Positions 30,300 through 40,032 of a stretch of DNA of 64,000 nt are shown one piece after another. Source of the stretch: an uncultured delta proteobacterium (lineage in GTDB: Bacteria > Desulfobacterota > Binatia > UBA9968). Position 1 is the stretch's first letter; each line of letters opens with the position of its first letter. The position numbers and the translations under genes are program-made. Where the stretch lies: the NCBI GenBank assembly GCA_963760795.1, contig CAVXEP010000005.1:98609-162608 (forward strand), given 5' to 3'. The notes below the pieces were generated by a model. The model did not search any database, was not told the origin of the DNA, and saw nothing but the letters and a program-made list of their open reading frames with translations.

Positions 30300-30559
30300 A
30301 GCTAAAGCCACAGCAAAGAAGCCGGTGCCCACTCTAAGAGCGGCGTTGCTGGCTGTCAACAATTGTCGCCAGATTCAAAACCACGGTTGCTCGACCGACA
30401 AGGCATCGAACGCTTATCGCCCATGTGGTTGGCGCGCAAAAGCGCCTCACGAGTTTGACGGGCGGTCTCGCCCTTGATTAAGATCGCCAGCGCAGGCTGA
30501 GGACATTTCTATCCCTGACCAATCATAATTGGACAGCCATCGTGTGAAGGAGTCAAAGC

Positions 30560-31510
30560 ATGAAACGACAAATGCCATCGATCGTCCTATTGCTGGCAAT
30601 GAGCTTTTTGCTGCCGCGCGCGAGCCACAGCGCCGAGGCAATGCAAAAAATCCGTGTCGGCCTGCCGTCCCTCGCCCTCACCTACATGCCTTTCTACGTC
30701 GCCCAAGAAAAAGGGTTGCTCAAAAAACTCGGCCTTGAAGCGGAGTACATTCAGATGAACACGGGCATCCAGCCCCAGGCGATTATGGGCGGCAATATCA
30801 ATTTTTTCCCCTCGCTGGCAACCGGGATTTCCGCGGCAGTCGCCGGACTGCCGCTCGTGGTAGTGCTTAACTTCTACAATTTTACGCCGTGGATGCTGGT
30901 CACCAGCAAAGAAATTAACAAGCCGCAGGATCTGATCGGCAAAAAGGTTGCGATCTCGGGTATCCGAACGACGGGACACTACTTGATGGTGGCTTGGTTC
31001 AAGAAATTTGAGATCAACGAGAAGGATGTCGGTTTTATTATGACCGGCGGGACAGCGTCGAGCTTCGCGTCGCTGGCGAGCGAGCAGGTCGCCGGCGCCG
31101 TGCTAACGCCGCCCTTCGACGACAAAGCGGTATCCAAAGGTTTTAAAAAGTATATGTTGATCGGCGACCTGATGGACATACCGACTTCCGGTCTGGTTGC
31201 GTCGAAAGCCGAGGTCTCGAACAATCGCGACAGAGTTCAAAAGACCATCACAGCACTACTCGATGCGATCGCTTGGATACGTTCCAACCGGCCGGAGTCT
31301 GCGCGCATGATCGCGGACAAATTCAAGATCACACCGGCTGAAGCCAACGGAGCCTACGAGACCTTGATCGGCATGTTCAATAAAGACGGACGATTGCCGC
31401 CGAAAATTGCCCGTGGCTATTTGGACATACTACGGCAGGAACGACCTATACCCGCCGATCTCGACCCGCAAAAGTTTATCGATTTTTCGCTGTTGCCTGG
31501 AGCAAAGTAG
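30560..31510 (+). CDS. ABC substrate-binding protein (NitT/TauT/SsuA class)
   Basis: Signal peptide; YVAQEKG and DLIGKKVAISG. Confidence 0.85.
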   Translation: MKRQMPSIVLLLAMSFLLPRASHSAEAMQKIRVGLPSLALTYMPFYVAQEKGLLKKLGLEAEYIQMNTGIQPQAIMGGNINFFPSLATGISAAVAGLPLVVVLNFYNFTPWMLVTSKEINKPQDLIGKKVAISGIRTTGHYLMVAWFKKFEINEKDVGFIMTGGTASSFASLASEQVAGAVLTPPFDDKAVSKGFKKYMLIGDLMDIPTSGLVASKAEVSNNRDRVQKTITALLDAIAWIRSNRPESARMIADKFKITPAEANGAYETLIGMFNKDGRLPPKIARGYLDILRQERPIPADLDPQKFIDFSLLPGAK

Positions 31511-31600
31511 AGCCCCGAAGTCCGTCTACGCGAGAGAAAGCAGCATCCTCGTGATGTTCGCACTGTTCATTACCGCTCATGGAAATCAAGGAGGTGCGCG

Positions 31601-32503
31601 ATGGCTGAGAACCTGTCCGACATATTCGAATCCACCGAGCCGACCCAGCTTGCCACTGGCTGGGGCCGCGCTGAAGGGCCTCTCTGGCATGCCGAGGGCT
31701 ATGTTACCTTTGTCGATCTCGAGGGGAACCGGCTGCTGCGTTGGGACCCGAACGGTGCCATAACCATAGTGCGGGAGAATACCGGCGAGGGGAACGGCTG
31801 CACTCTCGACCGCCAGGGCCGTCTCATCATGTGCGAAGGCGCCGATCACCGGCGCATTACCCGGATGACGGCAGATGGCACGGTCACGGCCATTGCCGAG
31901 CGCTGGCAAGGCAAACGGTTCAATAAACCGAACGATGTGGTGTGCCGCTCCGACGGCAGCATTTTTTTCACCGACCCCGGGCTGCGCCTTCCAGCAGAGC
32001 TGCGGGAGATCGGATTTTCCGGCGTATTTCGCATCGACCCGACGGGCCACCTGCACCTGGCCACCGACGAGTGCGAGTACCCCAATGGGCTGGCGTTCTC
32101 TCCCGATGAGTCGGTGCTGTACGTAGCAATCAGCCGGCTCGACGAGCGCTGCTTCCAGGAGGCGGAGCGTGGCGAGGTTTGTCCGCATCGGCGCATCCGC
32201 GCGTTCGACGTGGCCCCGGACGGGACCCTGAGCAACAATCGCGTGTTCTGTAATATGTCCTCGGCAGCTCCCGGCGTTCCCGACGGTATGAAGGTCGACA
32301 CCAAGGGTCGAGTGTTTTGCGTCGGCTCCGGCGGCATCTGGGTTATCGCTCCATCCGGTGAGGTCATCGGTATCCTCCGGATGCCGGAGATAGTTCGCAA
32401 CCTCGCTTTCGGCGGACCGGACTTTCGCACCCTGTATCTGACCACTCGTGGTTCCCTCGCCAAACTCGAAGTCAAAACACCGGGGATTGGGGCATTCAGA
32501 TAG
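31601..32503 (+). CDS. SMP-30/gluconolactonase/LRE family protein
   Basis: AEGPLW, NKPNDVV, PNGLAFSPD and PDGMKVD. Confidence 0.93.
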   Translation: MAENLSDIFESTEPTQLATGWGRAEGPLWHAEGYVTFVDLEGNRLLRWDPNGAITIVRENTGEGNGCTLDRQGRLIMCEGADHRRITRMTADGTVTAIAERWQGKRFNKPNDVVCRSDGSIFFTDPGLRLPAELREIGFSGVFRIDPTGHLHLATDECEYPNGLAFSPDESVLYVAISRLDERCFQEAERGEVCPHRRIRAFDVAPDGTLSNNRVFCNMSSAAPGVPDGMKVDTKGRVFCVGSGGIWVIAPSGEVIGILRMPEIVRNLAFGGPDFRTLYLTTRGSLAKLEVKTPGIGAFR

Positions 32504-32899
32504 TCGGTCACTGGGTCGCAACTTACGGGTCGTCTCGTGCGCCTGTGTATAGCGCCAATCTTTTTAGCCAATCCGGCTTGGCTCCTAATCTCAAAGAGTT
32601 ATCGACACTGATGCGAAATAGTCGCGGACACATGTTTATGAATTCGGTTTCCAGCGACGTTGAAATGGGAAACTGTGAACTCTACAATGAGCCCATCAGC
32701 TATGGGCGACGCATAAACGACTGGTTAACGAAAACGACCGCAGCGTAGCATCATTGAACGGCCTGAATAAGTAAGCGACAGCGGCAGAGACACACCTTTG
32801 AGTGCAACAAATCATGACAATATTTATCAAAGCCTCGATTGAATATCGCGTCAACGTTTCCCTCTGCAAAAATCAAATCCATTTCTAAATAATTGAAAG

Positions 32900-34894
32900 A
32901 TGACAAAAACTATTGATGTTGGAAACTCGGCACATTTAACGCGTCCCAAATACCGTGCAGACATTGATGGGCTACGTGCAGTAGCGGTTCTCTCTGTTAT
33001 TGGGTTTCACGCCTTTCCCTACAAGATAACTGGCGGTTTCGTTGGTGTAGATATTTTCTTCGTCATTTCTGGCTTTTTAATCTCATCAATTATTTTTGAT
33101 AATCTAAACCGGGGCTGCTTCAGTTTTGCCGAATTTTACAGTCGCCGTATCAAACGCATATTCCCGGCGCTCTTGGTGGTGTTGATTGGCTGCTACGGAT
33201 TTGGCTGGTTTGCACTATTCGCCGACGAATACGAGCAGCTCGGTAAGCACATTGCCGGGGGAGCTGCCTTTGTCTCTAACTTTGTATTCTTGAGGGAGAG
33301 TGGCTATTTTGACAATTCGGCCGAGACAAAGCCCTTGCTGCACCTTTGGTCCCTTGGAATTGAGGAACAATTTTATATTGTCTGGCCGCTGCTATTGTGG
33401 TTTAGCTGGAAGCAACGATTCAATCTTCTAACAGTAACGATTGTTATTGCTCTCATTTCATTTGCACTGAACATTATCGGTGTGCGCAGCAACGCGGTAG
33501 CTGCGTTCTACTCTCCGGTGATTCGCTTTTGGGAATTGCTGATAGGCTCACTTTTAGCGTATATCAAGCTGCAGAGAAAGAGTTTTTTCGCTGCGCCCAC
33601 GCATAGACTAAATAATGTTCAGTCTGTTTTGGGTGCTTTTTTGATTGCCATTGGAATTGTTTTACTTACTAAAGAGCATTCAATGCCTGGCTGGTGGGCT
33701 CTGCTGCCGACAGTTGGGGCTGCATTGATTATTTCCGCTGAAAATCAAGCCTGGTTAAACAGTAGGATTTTGTCAAACCGTGTGTTGGTATGGTTTGGCC
33801 TAATCAGCTATCCCCTGTATCTCTGGCACTGGATATTGTTGTCATTCGCGCGCATCTTTGAGGGCACAACACCGAGCCGGCAAGTACGTACTACAGCCGT
33901 CCTTATCTCGATCGTACTCGCGTGGCTGACTTACAAATTGATCGAGAAACCTATTCGCTTCGGCAAAAATAGCAAAATGATAACTAGCACGCTAATTTTG
34001 TTGATGTTTGTTGTTGGATATGTGGGATATGCCACTTATAAGAATAATGGGCTGGAATTCCGTCGGAGCATCCACAACTCATCACTGAACCAAATGGTCA
34101 GAAATGAATTTGTCGGCCCATTATGGAAATATTCCAAAAACGACATCTGCTTAAATCGCTATCCGTTTAAAGAAGCTGCCGAATATCATTGGTGGTTTTG
34201 TATGGCCAAGAAAGATGAGCCGCCAACTCTTTTGTTACTTGGGAACAGCTATGTAAATCAACTTTATCCTGGTTTTGAGAAAAATAGCGGACTTACACAT
34301 CACAACCTCTTATCCATTGGAGCCTGCGACCCAGCTAAAGTTGACGAATCTGAACTTACTAATGAAATCACTATTTCTCCTTGCTCTGGGTATCGTCCTT
34401 TACATCAGGAAAAGTTCATTGATAAGCTAATCGAGAATTCAAATTCAGTAAGATATGCGATTCTGGACGGCTTGAACCGAAATCCTGACTCGAAATATAT
34501 CTTACGGCTCAAAGAACGAATTGATTTTCTGGAAAGACATAATATTAAAGTAATAATTTTTACACCACACCTCGTGGGCGAGTACGATATCAGAGCTTGC
34601 TTTGCAAGACCGTTTGCGTCTGTTAAAAGAAATTGCGAATTGAATCTTGAGTCTCGAAAAAAAATCACTGAAGACTTTAAGCCGCTCGTTGAGCATCTAA
34701 AAACAACAAACCCAAAAGTTGCCTTTTTTGATCAAAATGACTTGTTTTGCAATCACTACAAATGCTCAATGCTACAGAATGGAATGCCGCTTTTCAGAGA
34801 TGAATATTACCACATTTCAGAATACGGCAGCATAGCGCTATCAAAAATCTTTACAAAATGGGCGAGTACAAACAGTCCAGAAATACTCAGATAA
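32900..34894 (+). CDS. OafA-like acyltransferase-3 / SGNH fusion (surface polysaccharide O-acetyltransferase)
   Basis: YRADIDGLRAVAV, GVDIFFVISGF, HLWSLGIEEQFY and ISYPLYLWHW; SGNH-like GNSY ... DEYYH; AT-rich. Confidence 0.92.
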   Translation: MTKTIDVGNSAHLTRPKYRADIDGLRAVAVLSVIGFHAFPYKITGGFVGVDIFFVISGFLISSIIFDNLNRGCFSFAEFYSRRIKRIFPALLVVLIGCYGFGWFALFADEYEQLGKHIAGGAAFVSNFVFLRESGYFDNSAETKPLLHLWSLGIEEQFYIVWPLLLWFSWKQRFNLLTVTIVIALISFALNIIGVRSNAVAAFYSPVIRFWELLIGSLLAYIKLQRKSFFAAPTHRLNNVQSVLGAFLIAIGIVLLTKEHSMPGWWALLPTVGAALIISAENQAWLNSRILSNRVLVWFGLISYPLYLWHWILLSFARIFEGTTPSRQVRTTAVLISIVLAWLTYKLIEKPIRFGKNSKMITSTLILLMFVVGYVGYATYKNNGLEFRRSIHNSSLNQMVRNEFVGPLWKYSKNDICLNRYPFKEAAEYHWWFCMAKKDEPPTLLLLGNSYVNQLYPGFEKNSGLTHHNLLSIGACDPAKVDESELTNEITISPCSGYRPLHQEKFIDKLIENSNSVRYAILDGLNRNPDSKYILRLKERIDFLERHNIKVIIFTPHLVGEYDIRACFARPFASVKRNCELNLESRKKITEDFKPLVEHLKTTNPKVAFFDQNDLFCNHYKCSMLQNGMPLFRDEYYHISEYGSIALSKIFTKWASTNSPEILR

Positions 34895-35151
34895 TTTACT
34901 AAAGCACAATCTTGTCTCGTTAATTCGGCTCTAATAACAACGTTCTGGGCGGTCATTCACATCGTGGTGGAAAGCTTCTCAAGATTTCGTCATCTGGAAA
35001 TATTCAAGATTTGGATTTCGGGAGGTCTTGAAAGGTTAGCGAGACAGGTCTTGGGGGGGGCAGTCACGGTAATCTTGCAATTTGGATTTGAGTTACGTTG
35101 AGAACTGCATTGCTTTTATATTTATCGGTTAACGATCTTCATGCCTGTCGG

Positions 35152-35235
35152 CTAATGCCCACGAAGAAACTCCCGCACATGACGGTTGAAAGCCTCGGGC
35201 TGTTCCCAGTTGATCGAGTGAGCGGCCTCGGGCAG
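35152..35235 (-). pseudogene. 84-bp duplicate of the 3' end of the alpha/beta hydrolase gene at 41229-42125
   Basis: Encodes LPEAAHSINWEQPEAFNRHVREFLRGH* vs LPEAAHSINWEQPEAFNRNVLEFIRGH*; 11 mismatches in 84 nt by manual alignment. Confidence 0.88.
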
Positions 35236-35364
35236 GCTACATGGCGACGAATCTCGGTTATCTAAAATGCTGGATAGAGATTCATCCCAACTCGCGTCAG
35301 CAGGGCGCGCCAGTACAGAGTAGCCGTCGCCGCAGATTCTCTACTTCTCAAGCAGGTGAGCAAA

Positions 35365-38300
35365 CTACTTGTCGGCCTTGATCACGACGACATCGTTCGG
35401 ATTGCCATAGTGCTGGTACGCGCCCCAGGTATTGCCGAAGTCATTGATCTCCCTGCGGCCCAGATCGAGAGCGTCGCAGATCGGCTTACCGGTCAGCAGT
35501 TCCTTGTAGAACGTCCGTGCGAGCTTTGTCGCCTGTTCGTCGTTGACCGGCCAGCCGCTGCCGATGTAGTTGCTCACGCCGCGTTCGAAGAACGCCTGGG
35601 CGATGCTTGCAAGTCCCTTTGACCGCTCATCGTTCGACAGCGCCTGTCCCTGGGTCGTGACCGCCGAGAAGCAGGCGTTGGCGAACACCAGCCGCGGCAC
35701 CTTGCGCGCGCGAAAGATCTCCCTCGCGGACAGCACGCAGTCCTTGCCGAAGATCCAGCCGCTACCGGCTGGGTTGTCCTTGTCATAGTCGCCGTGGCCC
35801 GCGTAATGCACGATGTCAAACGCTCCAGAGAGCAGCAGCGCCAGGATCTCGACGGGGTCGCATTGATCGGGGCCGATATGCTCCTCGACCTCGACGAAGA
35901 TCCCGTGCTGCTTGGCCGGGAAGTTGCGGAAGACACTCGCCACCTCGCGTCCTTCGCGGCGCGCGCCCGGCAACTGATAGTCCGTCTCGCGCGCCGGATC
36001 GGCGATGATCAGCACCTTGAGGTTGCGGTTGAGCACCGGCTTCACGCCCGGCGCGCTCGACAGCAGCGTGCGGAACTGGCGTGTCACGCGCAGGCCGACG
36101 CCGAGGCTGGAGACGTGGTTCGGGTTATGCGCGCTGCGGAAGCAGGCCATCTCCCACGGGTACGAGGCGGTGCTGCGGTCAAGGATCAGCTTGAGCGGCT
36201 TGCCGCTGTCGATCATGCTGTGAAAGTCTTCCGGCACCAGGTAGGTGTAGAGCAGTTCGCCGAACTTGATCTGCTCGTCGCGCGTCGTGGATTCCATCAA
36301 CCGGTCGGCAGCGCCGCGGGCGAATACTCCGTTGATCTCGACCTCGCGCACCGGGACGACGGCCGTCTCCGCGAGAGCCGAGAATCGGAACGTGCCCTCC
36401 TTGATCTGCTCCACCGTGAGCCGCACCTGATCGAGCGTCGATTGGGAGTCACCCCTTTTTCCGGTTTCGGCTTTTCGCTTCGGCCTGGCCGCGGAGCGCG
36501 CGCCCTTCTTTACGGTGAGCGTGATCATCGGCGCGTTCGCGGCGTTGTCTTCGATAGGCGACGCCTTGCGTTCGCGTGACGGCGCGCCGTCTGCCCCTGC
36601 AGTTGCGGGCTTTTCCAGCCGCCGAAGCTGCTCTTCGAGACTCTTGAACGGCGCGGAGTATTTCTCGACGATCGTGAGCGAGCGAGACCCCTGCAGCTTG
36701 CCGCTGGACTCCTGCTCGAAGCGCTCGGCGCCGGCCGCGACGCCCTCGAGAAACGCCTTCAGCGCGCTCTCGCGGTCGAGGTTGCCTTCGCCGGAACCGA
36801 TCAGCACGCTGGCGAAGCCCTTCAGGCCCAGCGCGGACACGCCAATGGTCACGTTCGACATCAGGAGCACCAGGTCGCCGCGCGTGAACTTGCCGAACTC
36901 GCCCATGCCGGCCAGGACCGCGCCGCCGGCTTTCAACGCATTGCCGACGTTCGGCACGAAGAACGTCTCGCCGAGGTTCCCGCCGATCATACCCAGGCGC
37001 CCGGCACGTTCGATCCAGCCGCCGAGTTTATGATCAATGGCGCCGACCGCGCGCGTCGGGGGCACGCCCTTGTAGTGGCCCACGACGACCAGCGGCGCCA
37101 CGACCTCGGTAATGTCGGCCTGCAGCAGGGTAACGTTGATCGGCTTGGTCCTGGCGTCGACCGCCGACGGCACAGACTTCTTCGTCTTCTGCTTCGACGG
37201 CTGGCCGCGGCTGCCGAGCGCAGCCTTGACGATCGCGTCCTCGGCAAAGCGGGCGTCGTCGTCGGTGAATGCGGCGCGCAACGCGGCACGCTCAGCCGCC
37301 TCGTTGACGCGCGTACCACTGCCTCGGACGGCTTGGTGGGTCGCCTCGGCCTTGCGCGCGAGCTCCCCGAGATCCTCGATGAGCTGCCGGTCCGCGGGCG
37401 TGCGGTAATCGCGCATGGTCGGCGTCGCGCGCTTGACCTCACGCAGCACCTGCGTCCCGAGTTCGGCCGTATGACCTCGTTCAAGCAGCTCGTCGACCGC
37501 GGCGATCACCGATTCGTTGCGCGCAAGGTCGCCGTGCGCTTCGTCGACGTAGTAGGTCAGCACGCCGTCCAGTTGGCCCAGGTCATGCGGAACCCGCCCG
37601 TCGCCGGCGTAGGTCAGCTCGTAGTCGAAGTCGCCGGGGTTGGCGATCTTCAGCCCGGACAGCGTCGCCTGCTTGCACCCGGCGACATAGATCATGCGCG
37701 CCGGGTCGATCGTCGATGCGGCCGCGAGATCGTGATGAAACTGGTAGGACCGGTCGAGGTGACGCTGCGATACGCGCCCGGCGTTCTCGCCCCAGGTTTC
37801 GCTGCGATACAGCTTTTTCAGCGCGGGAGGCAGCTTGTCCGGGGCCGGGAGCATCATATAACTACCGACGAACGAGTTGGTGATGTCGAGGAGCTCGCCC
37901 AGGTCGTGCTTCACGTCGAGCGTCGCGAGGAGATTGATCATCTTGTCCTGCCCGGTGATCACCTGCGGGATGGCGAACGAGCCGTAGTTTGGAGTGCCAA
38001 GCATGATGAGGCGTCCGCCGCGCACCAGCCCAGGATCCTCCATGGCCTCCCAAAGATTAGGGTGCAACCGGATGAAATTGCGGCACACCAGCCCACCCAT
38101 GGAATGGGCGACGAGATGCACGGGTTTACCCTGAAAGTCGCGGCGGATCAGCTTAGCGAGTTCGTTCGAAGATTCATCGATGTCTTTGCGCCAGTCATAG
38201 GCGAACGGCATGACGTTCCAGCGGCCGCCGAGGGCGAGCACGGCGCGGGCGTAGTAGCGCTTATTTACCCCCGTAGGTATGACGCGCCAGGCCGGGTCTG

Positions 38301-38712
38301 CTTCCTTTGAGCCGTCCGCGGCAAGCCTGAGGCGGTCGATGCGGCCGTTGATCAGGCGGAAAAAGTTCACCCAGACGTCATCCGGCTTTCCCGCACCGGC
38401 GGCAACGCCCAGGTCCGAGCCGGTGATGCCATGGAGAAAGATCACGTTGCCGAGCGGCGCCGAGCGCGACCGCACGGTCTTACTGAATCCGGCGAGCTGC
38501 TGAAGCCGCTCGAATTCCTCGGCGCCGAAGTATTCCCTCAGGTCGCTCTCTGGTATGCCGCCTGCGCCGCGGGTCGCGCCGCCCAAACCGGCCGCGAGGT
38601 CCTTCCAGTCGAGCCCCGAGACTCGTCGTTCGAGCTCGACGGCCGCGGCGGCGCGAGTTGCGGGCTTCCTTGTGGCAGCGCTGGATCGTTTGGCTTTGGG
38701 TGTCTTCTTCAT
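35365..38712 (-). CDS. Multidomain protein: alpha/beta hydrolase (lipase/LCAT-like) + Macro/M17-N-like domain + CHAT protease
   Basis: Hydrolase: FLHGITGS, YDWR, AHSMGG, LGTPNYGS and GDGRVP. Middle domain: QADIT...AIDHKLGG...SVLIGSGEG. CHAT: YPWE, HYAGHG, FANAC and YQHYGNP. Start is ATG 38712 or TTG 38745. Confidence 0.88.
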   Translation of the reverse strand: MKKTPKAKRSSAATRKPATRAAAAVELERRVSGLDWKDLAAGLGGATRGAGGIPESDLREYFGAEEFERLQQLAGFSKTVRSRSAPLGNVIFLHGITGSDLGVAAGAGKPDDVWVNFFRLINGRIDRLRLAADGSKEADPAWRVIPTGVNKRYYARAVLALGGRWNVMPFAYDWRKDIDESSNELAKLIRRDFQGKPVHLVAHSMGGLVCRNFIRLHPNLWEAMEDPGLVRGGRLIMLGTPNYGSFAIPQVITGQDKMINLLATLDVKHDLGELLDITNSFVGSYMMLPAPDKLPPALKKLYRSETWGENAGRVSQRHLDRSYQFHHDLAAASTIDPARMIYVAGCKQATLSGLKIANPGDFDYELTYAGDGRVPHDLGQLDGVLTYYVDEAHGDLARNESVIAAVDELLERGHTAELGTQVLREVKRATPTMRDYRTPADRQLIEDLGELARKAEATHQAVRGSGTRVNEAAERAALRAAFTDDDARFAEDAIVKAALGSRGQPSKQKTKKSVPSAVDARTKPINVTLLQADITEVVAPLVVVGHYKGVPPTRAVGAIDHKLGGWIERAGRLGMIGGNLGETFFVPNVGNALKAGGAVLAGMGEFGKFTRGDLVLLMSNVTIGVSALGLKGFASVLIGSGEGNLDRESALKAFLEGVAAGAERFEQESSGKLQGSRSLTIVEKYSAPFKSLEEQLRRLEKPATAGADGAPSRERKASPIEDNAANAPMITLTVKKGARSAARPKRKAETGKRGDSQSTLDQVRLTVEQIKEGTFRFSALAETAVVPVREVEINGVFARGAADRLMESTTRDEQIKFGELLYTYLVPEDFHSMIDSGKPLKLILDRSTASYPWEMACFRSAHNPNHVSSLGVGLRVTRQFRTLLSSAPGVKPVLNRNLKVLIIADPARETDYQLPGARREGREVASVFRNFPAKQHGIFVEVEEHIGPDQCDPVEILALLLSGAFDIVHYAGHGDYDKDNPAGSGWIFGKDCVLSAREIFRARKVPRLVFANACFSAVTTQGQALSNDERSKGLASIAQAFFERGVSNYIGSGWPVNDEQATKLARTFYKELLTGKPICDALDLGRREINDFGNTWGAYQHYGNPNDVVVIKADK

Positions 38713-38799
38713 GACCGGCCTTGTGGGGCGCGAATTCCGAATCAAGCGAACTGGGGCGCTGCCAGCGCCCCAGTTCCACCGCCCGCCATCTCCGAGTCG

Positions 38800-39645
38800 T
38801 CAATAGACGATCGCTTGTGCGCGGTTGGTGGCGTTGCCTTCTAGCTGCGGGTTTTGCGCGAACTTACCTTGCATCAGCGTGCGCATTTTAGCGACCACAT
38901 CCTTGCGCGCTAGTTTGTTCTTGGTATCGCGCATCACCTTTATATAGTAATAGGTGAACGCACCGTTGTAGCGACCGGTGAAGTAGGCGTCGGCGCTGGT
39001 TTCGTTGGCCTTGCAGCCAGTCCAGAGCATGTGATGCGCGCCGGCGACGGCTTTCTTGCTCTTGGACGAGGGCCGACCCTTGAGCGTAAAGCCTCGCATC
39101 CTGGCGGTTTTCTTGCCGAACTCATGGTTGGGCGGGGCGATATACCGGGGCTTCGGTGCGTGCAGGCCGAACTCCGCGCCGCGCAGACCTGTGCCGCTGT
39201 GGCAGGTATCGAGATAGACCTCGAGTAGCGCATTGGCTGGCACTTGCACAAAAAGGTCATGGAGTTCATCGTCGCTGATGATGCGTGATGGATCCCATTT
39301 GCCGCTCTTCTCGGCGATGTCGTAGGGCACAAAGGCTTCGTCCTTGCCGTCGGGCTCGTCGCCGCTGGTGTCGTTCATCTGGGTGCCGTGAGAAGAAAGA
39401 CTGAACACCAGATAACCAAGCTTGCCGGCCTTCGCGTCGGCGACCATTGCCTTCAGCTTGGCCATGATGTTGGCTTTGGTCGCCTGGGCATCGGTGAGGA
39501 TGGTGATTTCGCTGGTCTTGAAACCCAGCAGATCCTTGTAAAGTGCCGCCATATCTTTGGCGTCGTTGACGCAGCCATTGAGCGTGAACTGCGAGTAGTT
39601 TGCAAACTTGTTGATGCCCACTAAAAGGGCTTTCTTGCCGGCCAT
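38800..39645 (-). CDS. Caspase-family (peptidase C14, metacaspase-like) protease
   Basis: KALLVGIN, LNGCVNDA, SSHG (catalytic His), DEPDGKDE, DTCHSG (catalytic Cys) and GAFTYY; AAAGGAG RBS. Confidence 0.93.
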   Translation of the reverse strand: MAGKKALLVGINKFANYSQFTLNGCVNDAKDMAALYKDLLGFKTSEITILTDAQATKANIMAKLKAMVADAKAGKLGYLVFSLSSHGTQMNDTSGDEPDGKDEAFVPYDIAEKSGKWDPSRIISDDELHDLFVQVPANALLEVYLDTCHSGTGLRGAEFGLHAPKPRYIAPPNHEFGKKTARMRGFTLKGRPSSKSKKAVAGAHHMLWTGCKANETSADAYFTGRYNGAFTYYYIKVMRDTKNKLARKDVVAKMRTLMQGKFAQNPQLEGNATNRAQAIVY

Positions 39646-40032
39646 AAGCTTCTCCTTTCAATGCCGCATCCAAGAGAACTTGCGATAGTGCGGCGTTTAC
39701 CGCCTTTTCATGATAGGCACTTCTTTTGACAGGCGGCACTGTGCACTCAAAATTACGCCGGCGACCCAGCGCAAGTCCGTGCTCCAAACTGCCAAGCAGC
39801 TAACTCAGAAAACAGATTGGCCCCGTACCCCCATCTATGGTTCAGACCGTATTCGATAAGGTCGCGTTATGTCAACTTTAATCCAGTGAGCTGTTAATAC
39901 TGACTCAAGTCGAAGTGCGAGCTAATGCGAGACAAGCATCAAGGGATCAAATCATTATCAATTGCGCCAGCGCGTCCCACGCTCCGATCTGCTCACGGAA
40001 AAAGATTTTATTGCTAATCTTCACTTGCGGGT

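Noticed and set aside
37030-38310. Long antisense ORFs (426 aa here; also 14686-15663, 16276-17274, 31586-32521)
   Set aside because: Shadow frames of GC-rich genes on the opposite strand, with no motifs or RBS.
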